From: Deferrisomatales bacterium
GTDB taxonomy: Bacteria > Desulfobacterota > Deferrisomatia > Deferrisomatales > JACRMM01
Length of the DNA stretch: 58,155 bases
Direction of reading: 5' to 3'
NCBI GenBank assembly: GCA_033551855.1
Contig: JAWSUI010000021.1
Span: 1 to 58,155, forward strand
The translations under genes were made by a program, and so were the position numbers. The notes under the pieces were generated by a model. That model ran no database searches, was not told the origin of the DNA, and saw nothing but the letters and a program-made list of their open reading frames with translations. Shown piece by piece: positions 29,201-37,359 of this stretch. Numbering within the stretch: position 1 is the first letter of the stretch; every line of letters begins with the position of its first letter.

Positions 29201-32200
29201 GTTGGCCAGGGTGTCGCTTGCGTCCGCGCGCAGGTTCCCCGGCGTGGGGTCCTCCGGCGCGTGGATCGGCATGCCGTTCTGCAGCGGCGACACTCCGGGG
29301 CCTGCATCCGCCACCGGTGCGCCGTTCAGGGTCGTGCTGCCTGCCACGTAGGTGGTGTTCGCCGGCACCTGGTCGCGCAGCGACACGCCGACGGCGTCTT
29401 CGGTGCCGATGTTCTTCACCGTGATCGTGTAGCGCAGCGCCTCGCCGGCCATGAGCACGCTCGGGTCGCCGTCGAGGTACTGCGAAGTCTTCAGGACCCG
29501 CAGCTGCGGCGCCGAGCTGATCAGGGTGGACGTCTCGTTGCTGAGGGCGAGAAGCAGATTGTCCGCCGTGAGCCGCGCCCGGTTCGGCACGCTCGTGCCA
29601 CTTCGAATCACGGGAGCGAGGGTGGCCTCGAACTCGATGGTCAAACTGTCGTTGGCCTCCCCTGCGGCACCCAGGGTCAGATTGCGGATGTCGACCATTC
29701 CGGTGCCGTGGACACCCCCCGCGACGTTGCTGAAGCTGTTGCCGGCGGCGCTGAGCACCTGAAGGGTCCCGGGGGCGAACTGCGCCGCCAGCTCGTCGAC
29801 CACCGAGATGTCGTTCACCGAAACGATGCTCTCGTTGACGAGAACGAGGGTGAACCGAAGGGTGTCGCCGGGCGCGGCGTTCGCGCCCGGGTCCTGTTCT
29901 GTGGTCGCATTGACGACGGACTTCGCGAGGGAGACGGCGAGCGGAGTCGTCAGCGTCAGCTCGGCGGGCTCGGTGAAGTAATCGTTGACCGCAGGGGTGC
30001 CGCTGCCGTTTCGCTCGAAGTCGTTGACCCCGTCCAGGCCGGTCCAGCGACCCACGACGCTGTTGGTCAAGGTCTGGCCGGGGGCGACCGAATCGAGCAC
30101 GCGCGCCTGGTAGGTGAGGGTGGCGGTGGTGCCCTCGGCGATGTCGATGTCGATGCCGATGCCGTTCGCCGGCTCCCAGACCAGGGTCTGTGCGGCGCCG
30201 ATGCCGTCGGCGCCGTTGGTTTCGGGATCGGCCAGCGCCGCGCCGTTCAGGGTCGCGCTCCCCGGCACATAGAGCAGACCCAGACCCAGGGTGTTCTCGA
30301 CGGTGAGGTCGAAGGCGCTCGAGAAGCTGTCCCCAGCGCCGCCCCCGGCGGCGGTGAAGCTCACGGTGTAGGTCAGGACCTCCCCCGCCCGGGGCGACGT
30401 CGTCGACGCCGACGTGGAAACGGTCACCAGCGGCTCGACGATGGCAAGCAGGCCGCTGCTGGACGCCGTGACGGCGCCGTCGGGGATGCCCGAATAGGTG
30501 TAGGACGCGGTGTTGGCGAAGCTCGTCCCGGCATTGGCCTGTTCATTGTTGGCCACCCGCGTCCGCAGCGTGATGGTCGCCTGCTGACCCGCCGGGATGG
30601 TGCCGAGGGTCCAGCCCAGGGTTTGGCCGGACTGGGTGGGAGTAACCGCCAGCGGTGCGCCGTTCAGCGTTGCGGCGGAACCGACGTACTCCAGCGCGCC
30701 GTGCAGCGTGTCGGTGACCACCACGCCGTCCATCGAGGCATTGACTGGGGCTGCGGGCACCAGGATCTGGTAGTCCACCTCTTCCCCGATGGTCGCTTCC
30801 GCCGGGGTTCCGGGGGCGGGCGCTGCGGGGGAGACCAGGGTCTTGGCCAGTGGCTGGTGTCTCACCACGTTGGTCATCCAGACCTGGGCCGGGCCGACGG
30901 GGGCGTAGAGGCGGCCGTCGGTCGGCAGCGACCAGTACTCGTGCAGCCGGGCCTGGTTGCTCCAGATGGTCTGACTGTCGAGGTCGGTGCGGAAGCCGAG
31001 CTCGTAGTCGACGGTGACGCATTGGCCCGGGTCGACGGGAACGTCGTCCAGAAGCGCGATGCGCATCTCGCCGCCGCGCCCGGGCGCGGCGTAGGTGTAA
31101 TCGCTGCCGGCAGCCAGGGGGGTCGTGCCGACTCTGACCACCGGCGGCGCCGCCAGGTAGCTTTCGTCGAACTCCGGCGCCAGCAGGTCGGTCATCACGA
31201 CGCCATAGGCGGGCCCCAGGCCGTCGTTGCAGGAGGACAGCCGGAAGCTCATCACGTCGGTCGCAATGTTGACCTGGTAGGGGTCGGCGGCCGTGCCGGT
31301 GCCGAGACGGCCGCTGCCCAGGTCGACCTTGCTGATCGTCTGCATCCGCGGCTGGCGAACGTCGATCCGCTCGGTGGCGGTCAGGCGAACGGGATGGACT
31401 GCCGGATCACCCCCCGCGTAGGCGAGCTTCGCTACATTGTCGAGCAGCGTCGAGGCCTCGTAGCCGATGCCCGCCGGCGGCGCCTCGGTGAGGACCCTGG
31501 CGACGTAGCGGACCGCCAGAGGGTCGATCGGCGTCCCGTCGTTGCTCGGCTGATTGAAGATGTCGCCGAACTCCCAGCGCAAGGTGCCCGTCGCGCCCGC
31601 AGCGGGTTGGGCCGCCAACGTGTAGCTGAAGCCGGGGGCGGCATCGATGCTGAAGCTGTCCAGCACCATCCCTGCCGGCAGCGCGTCCTCGACCACGACG
31701 CTGCGGGTGGTGTTCTCCTGCAGGCTCAGCGTCAGCTGATAGGTGACGGTGTCGCCGACGCGGACGACCGGGTCCGTGGTGCTGGCCGGTGACTCGGCAT
31801 AGGAGTCCGTGAGCACCGCTTTGGAGATCGAGGTGTTGTCGACCGTGTCGACGGTGGCAACCACGGGGCCGTAGCAGTACGTGTCGGGCGCGGTAATGGT
31901 CGGGCACCCCTCGCCGGTGCGCTCGACCATGCTCGCGCCCTGGAGCGAGGTCCAATCCGCATAGACGCTGTTGGAGATGTAGGGGCCCGTGACCGAGTCC
32001 ACCGTCACCTGATAGGTGAGCACCAGCGACTGGCCCGCGGGGATGTCGAGGCTGCCGTCTCCGTTCTCTTGGCCCCAGGCCAGGGCACCACCGGGAAGCG
32101 TGGTGGGATTCGCCTCGAAACCGCCGACCTCGACGCCGTTGATCCTGGCGGTGGCGGAACCGGCGACCAGTGTCACGTTCGCCGGCAGCCTGTCGGTCAC

Positions 32201-34669
32201 CGTCACGTCGAAGGCGGTGGATCCGCCGCTGTTGGGAAGGGTGACGACATATTCGAGGACGTCACCGAACGTGGCGGGGTCGGTTGCCGCTTTGCCCGCC
32301 GGGGTGACAAACCGCGCCGTCTTGGTGGCGGCGGCGACGGCCGGCTCGACCACCGTCATGGGGGCGGCGCTGCCTTCCCCGCCGAACATCCGGGTGTTGT
32401 CGTCGCCGTTCGCCCGGTTGTATGTGTAGGATGCGGTGTTGGTGAAGAGGAGGCCGCTCCTGTTGGTGGACGTGTTCAGCAACTCGACGGTGATCTCGAT
32501 GACCACCTGGCCGTTGGGGGGGATGTCGATGCCGGTGACGAGGTCTTCGAGCACCAGTTGGGTGTCGCTGCCGCTGGTATTGGTCGGCGTCCAGGGGCCG
32601 CCCGAGACCACGCCGGCACTCACGAAGCGTAGGTCGGCGGCGGAGCGGCTCAGGTCGTCGAGGATCCGCACGTCGTACAGGGGTTGGGCGATCGGGGTTG
32701 CGGGCACGGCAATGCGGTAGGCGAACTGCTCTCCGATCGTGGCACTCGGCTGGGTGGTGGCCTTCGCCAGCGGGCCGGGAGTCTGGATCAGCACCCTGGT
32801 CGGGTCGGCGGGTTCCCCTGGTGGGGCGATGCCGTTGACGTAGGGGTCGTCGCTGAGGGCGCTGATGGCGTCGGCGGCGGACAGGCTCGCCTGGTTGAGG
32901 ACGACGGTGCCGTTGGTGAGAGTCGACCTCAGGGTGATTTCGAACTCGAAGACGAGCTCCTCGCCGGCGGCGACGCCCAGCGGGGCCGTGTCGCCGCGAA
33001 TCTGCAGCAGGCCCGTTCCCGGCTCGAAACTGTAGGCAGCGCCCGCGGGGAGCGTCCCCATGGCGAAGGTGTCCGGCAGGAAGCTGTTCAGGTCGAGCGG
33101 GTCGTCGATGGCGATGTCGTTGATCGTTTGGTCCACGTTGAAGAGGCGCAGCCGGTAGCGCAGCCGGTCCCCCGGAGCGGCGGTAAAGGCCGGGTTCGCA
33201 TGGCTCGTCAGGTTCTCGACGGTTTTCTGGAAGTAGTAGCCGGAGAGCGCCGTCGTAATGGTGTAGCTGTCCTGGTGGTCGAGGATCGACGGCGTGCCGT
33301 CGCTGAGCGTTTTGCTGTAAGTGCGGAGGCCGGTATGGCTGCCGTCGCCGCTCCACCACTCGGTGGCGCCCGCAACGTTGGTGAGCTCGATGCCGTCGGC
33401 GGTGGTGCCGGCATCGAGTTGGCTCTGGTAGGTGATGATCAGGTGCTGTTCGGGTGCGATCGGGCCGGCGGCCCCGGTCATGGTCAGACGGAGCTGGCAC
33501 GCGGGCGGGCCGGCATAGCCGAGGGTGTAATCGGTCCCCGCGCTCAACTGCCGGACCAGGGTGCCGTCGGCCGCGACGATCCGCGCGCTGACCCCCGGCT
33601 CGGCGGGGGGGTTGATGGTGCGGGGGTCGTAGTCGCACATCCCGGCGTCGCCTCCGCCGGGGAGCAGGTCGAGGATCGTGACGTTCCAGGCGTCACTGCC
33701 GCCGGTGTTCTGGACATCGACGGTGAAGGGGGCCATGACCCCGATGTTGAGGGCCGTCTCACTGCTCGTCTTGGTGACGACGAGGTTGGGCTCGGCGATG
33801 GTCATCGGCTCCGAGACCCCCCACTCGCCCGGGAGGGGTTGATAGAAGATGTCGTCGATGAGCCGCCCGAACTCCCACTTGGCGGTGTTGACGAACTGCG
33901 TCCCCGCCGTGTTCGCGGGGGTGTCCCGGAGGACGACCGTGATCTCGATGATGATCTGCCCCCCGGCCGGGACCACCAAGTCGCCGGGAAACTCGAAGGT
34001 GAGCAGGCCGCCATCGTTCGAGAAGGTGTGCGCCAAGGGCGTGCCGGCGCCCTGCCAATAGGCAACGTGGCCCACGTAGGCGAGGTCGGCGCCCGTGGCG
34101 TTGAGGTCGTCCCAGACCGTGATGCCGTGCAGGGTGTTGGGCGACCCGCTGCTGTTCATGATGACGCCCAGCGCCGGGTCGTAGAGGACGGGGATCGTGA
34201 GCTTGTAGGTAAACGGCACCCCGATGGTCGCGGTAGGCTGGCCGGGAGGGTCTTGCTTGTCGATCTTCTCGACCGGTATCAGGAGGTTCTGGCACCCCTC
34301 CTGGATCTTGGTCGAAGACCCGTTGGTGAACCAGATCCGGTGGCCGGCGACGGCGTTGCACGCCATGTTGCCGGTGTGCACGACGTTGTCGAAGACCACC
34401 AGCCATCTCTCGTCGGTGCCGCCCGGCTGGGTGTAGAAGCTGAAGTTCGTGCTGAGGATGTTGGGGGACGGGAAGTTCCGGATCGTGCAGTTGGTATCGA
34501 TCTGGATCTGGGAGGGTGCGGAGACGAAGTTGCCGTCAATCACCCCGAAGTATGGAGCGTCGGAGCAGTTGACCGCCAACGCCGGAGCGGCCGCCCCCAG
34601 CAACAGGGCGAGAGGGCCAAAGGCGGCACGGATCAGTTTGGTCCAGAGTTGCGGAACGAATCCCTGCAT
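26294..34669 (-). CDS. Giant secreted adhesin (~2790 aa) with DUF11/isopeptide-pilin-type repeats, SdrD-B-like domains and a degenerate OmpA-like C-terminus
   Basis: Signal peptide ending APALA; repeated K-T...G-(D/E)-x-L-x-Y...N...D-x-L-P...N-x-A units; GRVWHDGNLD and GKVFDDRNRNGRQDDGEPG. Start placed at ATG 34669 (GGTGA RBS) because the longer ORF runs into the riboswitch terminator. Confidence 0.88.
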   Translation of the reverse strand: MQGFVPQLWTKLIRAAFGPLALLLGAAAPALAVNCSDAPYFGVIDGNFVSAPSQIQIDTNCTIRNFPSPNILSTNFSFYTQPGGTDERWLVVFDNVVHTGNMACNAVAGHRIWFTNGSSTKIQEGCQNLLIPVEKIDKQDPPGQPTATIGVPFTYKLTIPVLYDPALGVIMNSSGSPNTLHGITVWDDLNATGADLAYVGHVAYWQGAGTPLAHTFSNDGGLLTFEFPGDLVVPAGGQIIIEITVVLRDTPANTAGTQFVNTAKWEFGRLIDDIFYQPLPGEWGVSEPMTIAEPNLVVTKTSSETALNIGVMAPFTVDVQNTGGSDAWNVTILDLLPGGGDAGMCDYDPRTINPPAEPGVSARIVAADGTLVRQLSAGTDYTLGYAGPPACQLRLTMTGAAGPIAPEQHLIITYQSQLDAGTTADGIELTNVAGATEWWSGDGSHTGLRTYSKTLSDGTPSILDHQDSYTITTALSGYYFQKTVENLTSHANPAFTAAPGDRLRYRLRLFNVDQTINDIAIDDPLDLNSFLPDTFAMGTLPAGAAYSFEPGTGLLQIRGDTAPLGVAAGEELVFEFEITLRSTLTNGTVVLNQASLSAADAISALSDDPYVNGIAPPGEPADPTRVLIQTPGPLAKATTQPSATIGEQFAYRIAVPATPIAQPLYDVRILDDLSRSAADLRFVSAGVVSGGPWTPTNTSGSDTQLVLEDLVTGIDIPPNGQVVIEITVELLNTSTNRSGLLFTNTASYTYNRANGDDNTRMFGGEGSAAPMTVVEPAVAAATKTARFVTPAGKAATDPATFGDVLEYVVTLPNSGGSTAFDVTVTDRLPANVTLVAGSATARINGVEVGGFEANPTTLPGGALAWGQENGDGSLDIPAGQSLVLTYQVTVDSVTGPYISNSVYADWTSLQGASMVERTGEGCPTITAPDTYCYGPVVATVDTVDNTSISKAVLTDSYAESPASTTDPVVRVGDTVTYQLTLSLQENTTRSVVVEDALPAGMVLDSFSIDAAPGFSYTLAAQPAAGATGTLRWEFGDIFNQPSNDGTPIDPLAVRYVARVLTEAPPAGIGYEASTLLDNVAKLAYAGGDPAVHPVRLTATERIDVRQPRMQTISKVDLGSGRLGTGTAADPYQVNIATDVMSFRLSSCNDGLGPAYGVVMTDLLAPEFDESYLAAPPVVRVGTTPLAAGSDYTYAAPGRGGEMRIALLDDVPVDPGQCVTVDYELGFRTDLDSQTIWSNQARLHEYWSLPTDGRLYAPVGPAQVWMTNVVRHQPLAKTLVSPAAPAPGTPAEATIGEEVDYQILVPAAPVNASMDGVVVTDTLHGALEYVGSAATLNGAPLAVTPTQSGQTLGWTLGTIPAGQQATITLRTRVANNEQANAGTSFANTASYTYSGIPDGAVTASSSGLLAIVEPLVTVSTSASTTSPRAGEVLTYTVSFTAAGGGAGDSFSSAFDLTVENTLGLGLLYVPGSATLNGAALADPETNGADGIGAAQTLVWEPANGIGIDIDIAEGTTATLTYQARVLDSVAPGQTLTNSVVGRWTGLDGVNDFERNGSGTPAVNDYFTEPAELTLTTPLAVSLAKSVVNATTEQDPGANAAPGDTLRFTLVLVNESIVSVNDISVVDELAAQFAPGTLQVLSAAGNSFSNVAGGVHGTGMVDIRNLTLGAAGEANDSLTIEFEATLAPVIRSGTSVPNRARLTADNLLLALSNETSTLISSAPQLRVLKTSQYLDGDPSVLMAGEALRYTITVKNIGTEDAVGVSLRDQVPANTTYVAGSTTLNGAPVADAGPGVSPLQNGMPIHAPEDPTPGNLRADASDTLANVATVTFDVVVSPHLADGAIISNQGFVSGSGEGSGVFSERPSDDPDTDLVDDPTRDVVGNLPLVYATKTVQIVAEAPGGTVGVVDPGDVLRYTITLTNSAATPAAGVTLTDAVPPHTTYVPDSLFLNGLPVGQPDGGISPLVAGIPVSSRDLTPPLPGADAGTLSPNGGTATVTFDVQVNAGTESGTVIRNQATVGTSQLPPLPTDADGIPGNGYQPTEVVVGDAQMLVITKEVSVVGGGPAQAGGQLEYVLRVTNISTVPATRVVIADDLGHLGPDPYVAGSATVDGLFGSVAYDAPILSVAYGDLPPGGTTVVRFRVRIDPALPFGTTITNTGVVTWNDPAQSASASVSVEVGGTPGSGTVGGRVWHDGNLDKVRDGDERALEGWSVELHRGSRVLATVFTDAEGLWRIGGLLSNDAAGEPYDVRFRAAGAGPNTAHLGYADSPFTNGSQRILGVTVPSGSNLQNLNLPITPNGTVYDSVRRTPVRGARLALVSAASGAPLPSSCFDDPAQQNQVTPADGFYKFDLNFSEPSCPPGGDFLIAVTPPANGYDTYPSRVIPPASDATTSSFSVPACPGTTADAVPATTEYCEATTSALPPPLSVGPRTAGTTYYLNLTLSNGSIPGQSQIFNNPVPIDPVLDGAASITKTAAKLNVSRGDLVPYTITVRNLFGAPLTDLSIVDRFPAGFKYVESSARLDGTPSEPVINGQTLTWDGFTLETNQTRTLQLLLVVGAGVAEAEYVNRAQVLNGITGGRVTEEATATVRVVPDPTFDCTDVIGKVFDDRNRNGRQDDGEPGLSGVRVVTARGLIANTDPYGRFHIACAAVPDRERGSNFILKVDDRTLPSGYRLTTENPRVQRATRGKMLRFQFGATIHRVVTLDVADAAYEPGTTDLRLQWQGKLDQLLGVLEESPSVLRLSYLADVESERLVRRRLHALKKEISGRWERVGRGDRLDIETEVFWRRGSPP

Positions 34670-34686
34670 CGGCATCACCAGTCGTG

Positions 34687-34725
34687 AAATAGAAAAGCGC
34701 CCATCTTTCTGCCGAAGATGAGCGC
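34687..34725 (-). terminator. Intrinsic terminator of the riboswitch expression platform
   Basis: Minus strand GCGCTCATCTT-CGGCAGA-AAGATGGGCGC-TTTTCTATTT. Its 5' arm can alternatively pair with GAAGAGATGAGC just after the aptamer. Confidence 0.75.
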
Positions 34726-34771
34726 TCCTGGGATACATGCCTCTGCCGGGGCCGCAGGATGCAGAGCTCAT

Positions 34772-34852
34772 CTCTTCGGCAACCCGGCTATCCTGTGCTC
34801 AGGACCCGTGGCTTTGCGTCACCAGATTACTCTGGTTTTGCCCTTTCGGAGA
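34772..34852 (-). ncRNA. Cyclic-di-GMP-I (GEMM) riboswitch aptamer, gene-proximal copy
   Basis: Minus strand CCGAAAGGGCAAAACCAGAGTAATCTGGTGACGCAAAGCCACGGGTCCTGAGCACAGGATAGCCGGGTTGCCGAA has the GGCAAA-P2(GNRA loop GTAA)-GACGCAAAGCC-P3-AGCCGGGTTGCCG pattern. Confidence 0.9.
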
Positions 34853-34988
34853 TCTTGCTTGTTTTCTCAGATATCGGCTTCCGTCTCCCCTTTCCGTCCT
34901 TGTAACGAAACGATCGTCCCATCTCCCGCAGAAGATGAGCGCCCCTGGGATACGCACCTCTGACGAGGTCACAGGGTGCGGCACTCAT

Positions 34989-35069
34989 CTCTTCGGCAAC
35001 CCGGCTATCGTGTGCCCAGGACCCGTGGCCTTGCGTCACCAGATTACTCTGGTCTTTCCCTTTCGGAGA
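34989..35069 (-). ncRNA. Cyclic-di-GMP-I (GEMM) riboswitch aptamer, promoter-proximal divergent copy
   Basis: Near-duplicate of 34772-34852 with substitutions (GGGAAAGACC, GCAAGGCC, CACACGATAGCC), followed by a similar platform with a weaker hairpin (~34915-34941). Confidence 0.75.
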
Positions 35070-35560
35070 CGCGGTCTGTTCGTTCCTGCTGCCGCCGTGT
35101 CCCCCAATGTGCACTTTCCATCGGGACCGTGGGCCACCGGATTGCTCCGGCTCTGCCTCGTCGGCGCACGTTCTCCCGTCGTGCAACGGGCATGCCACGG
35201 CGTACCGGAGCCTGGTGGCCGTCGAGCGCGACTGGCGGCGCGGGTGGCGACCCGTGACGTTACGATTTCGGTACTGAGGCATGGGAAGGCGTGGGTGCAG
35301 CGGGGAGGGCGCCGGGGAGGCTTGGCCCCAGGTCCGCCCTGCCTGGGGGCCTGCCACCTCCACCCGCCTGCGGCTGCCTTCGGCCGGGGCCGGGAGTCCA
35401 CGTGGTTCGGGTGACCTCTCCTGCCCCGTCGGCGGCCCGAGGTACGGGAGTACCGGGGCCGTGTCTGTGCGGGCGCGGGATCAGGGGGATTGGAACGAGA
35501 CGGTTGGGAGCTTTGGCAGGGGGTGCTCTGCCGGGGCGCGAGGGGCGGCGTGCCCGTGGG

Positions 35561-36838
35561 TCAGCGGTAGAAGGTCTGGGGCAGCCACAGGCTCACGGCC
35601 GGCACGAAGGTGATGACCAAGAGGGCGCCGAGGAGGAGCAGGACGAAGGGGGCGGTGGCGAGGGCCACGGTGCCCATGGGCTTCTTGGTCAGTCCCATGG
35701 CGACGAACAGATTGAGCCCGAAGGGCGGGGTGAGGAAGCCGGCCTCGATCCCCAGGACCATGAGGATGCCGTAGTGGACCGGGTCGATGCCGAGCCGCTG
35801 GAGGGTCTCGGCGAAGATCGGTGAGAGGATCAGCATCGCGGAGACGTTGTCCCCCACGGACCCCAGGAGGAGGAACAGGACGTTCACGAGGAGCAGGAAC
35901 GTCCACGCGCTGTCCACCCGGCCCAGGATCCACTCGGCCACCAGGAGGGGGAGCCCCTGGCTGGTCAGGAGCCACACGAAGGTCATGGCGCAGGAGAGGA
36001 TGAGCAGGAGGGAGCCCGAGAGCACGGCCGAGTCGACCAGGGCCTGGTGGAGCCCCTTGACCGTGAGCCCCCGGTGGATCACCGCCTCCACGAAGAGGGC
36101 GTATACCACGCTCACGGCTGCGGCCTCCGTGGGGGTGAACACCCCGGAGTAGATCCCCCCCAGGACGATCACCGGCAGGAACAGGGCCCAGATGCCCCGG
36201 CGCACCACCCGCAGGCTCTCTGCCCAGGTATACCCCTCCTCCACGCGCCACTTTTCACGCCGGGCCCTCCACACTACGTACCCGATGAAGATGCTCCCGA
36301 TGAACAGGCCGGGCACGATGCCGGCCAGGAAGAGCTCGGCCACGGAGACGTTCATCACCAGGGCGTAGAGGATCATCGGGATGGACGGCGGGATGACGAT
36401 CCCCAGGCTCCCGGAGGCCGTGACCAGGCCCACCGCGAAGTTCTCCGGGTAGCCGCTCCGGGTCAGGGCCGGGATCATGATGGACCCGATGGCGACCACC
36501 GTGGCCGGGCTCGACCCGGACAGGGCCGCGAAGAAGAGGCAGGCCAGGACGGCGGTCACCGCCAGGCCCCCCCGCTTGTTCCCCACCAGGGCTCGCATCA
36601 CGTCCACCAGCCGCTGCGCCATAGTGCCGGTGGTCATGATCCGGCCGGCCAGGACGAAGAATGGGATGGCGAGAAGGACGAAGTTGTCCAGGGCGTTGAA
36701 GATCTGTTGGGGGAGGACCAGCAGGGGGGTGTTCGTGTGCAGCGCCACCGTGAGGGCGGTCACCCCGGCCAGCACCGCGGCGATGGGCACGCCGAGGAGG
36801 AGCAGCAGGACGAAGGCGATCGCGACGGTGGTGAGCAT
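35561..36838 (-). CDS. dctM: TRAP transporter large permease
   Basis: LLAIPFFVLAG, FAALSGSSPAT, GSLGIVIPPSIPMILY, GVFTPTEAA, TPPFGLNLFV. Confidence 0.93.
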   Translation of the reverse strand: MLTTVAIAFVLLLLLGVPIAAVLAGVTALTVALHTNTPLLVLPQQIFNALDNFVLLAIPFFVLAGRIMTTGTMAQRLVDVMRALVGNKRGGLAVTAVLACLFFAALSGSSPATVVAIGSIMIPALTRSGYPENFAVGLVTASGSLGIVIPPSIPMILYALVMNVSVAELFLAGIVPGLFIGSIFIGYVVWRARREKWRVEEGYTWAESLRVVRRGIWALFLPVIVLGGIYSGVFTPTEAAAVSVVYALFVEAVIHRGLTVKGLHQALVDSAVLSGSLLLILSCAMTFVWLLTSQGLPLLVAEWILGRVDSAWTFLLLVNVLFLLLGSVGDNVSAMLILSPIFAETLQRLGIDPVHYGILMVLGIEAGFLTPPFGLNLFVAMGLTKKPMGTVALATAPFVLLLLGALLVITFVPAVSLWLPQTFYR

Positions 36839-37338
36839 CACGCCCCTGGGCTTTGCCCGGGAACGCCGTGCACCGCCCGCCGCGCGTGCTGCACCGCCTG
36901 CAGCAGGAAGCGCAGGGCCAAGGTGGCCGAGAGCACGGGAATGGGCGCGTACGGAATCCACATGGGGATCCGCAGGCTGGCGCTGGTGACCCCGAAGCCG
37001 TGGAGCCGGGAGGCGTGGGTCCACCCGTACCACATCACCACGGCAAAGAGCGCCGCGGTGAAGAGGCTCGCGAACGCCCGGACGGCGGAGGAGGCCCTGG
37101 GGGGCAGGGCCTTGACCAGGGCCTCCACCGAGAAGTGGGTTCCGTGCTTGACGCCCACGCTAGCGCCCAGGAAGGTGAGGAATATCCCCACGTAGCGCCC
37201 GAACTCCTCCACCCAGTCGAAGCCCGTGGAGAAGGCGTAGCGCAGCACCACCTGGACGAAAGCCAGGAGCGCGAGCCCGAGGAGGGTCCAGCCGAGGACG
37301 ATCTCCTCGAGGAAGTGCCAGAGGCGCAAGGCCTTCAT
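36838..37338 (-). CDS. dctQ: TRAP transporter small permease
   Basis: QVVLRY...WVEEFGRY...FLGASVGVKHGTHFSVE; four TM helices. Confidence 0.9.
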   Translation of the reverse strand: MKALRLWHFLEEIVLGWTLLGLALLAFVQVVLRYAFSTGFDWVEEFGRYVGIFLTFLGASVGVKHGTHFSVEALVKALPPRASSAVRAFASLFTAALFAVVMWYGWTHASRLHGFGVTSASLRIPMWIPYAPIPVLSATLALRFLLQAVQHARRAVHGVPGQSPGA

Positions 37339-37359
37339 GAACGGCGGAGCGCCTGCGTC

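Noticed and set aside
34670..34771. N-terminal extension of the adhesin given in the ORF track
   Set aside because: It overlaps the riboswitch platform and terminator; the signal peptide fits a start at 34669 (or 34675).
34772..35069. 3',3'-cGAMP (GEMM-Ib) specificity
   Set aside because: The discriminating position equivalent to Vc2 G20 is G, not A, in both copies.
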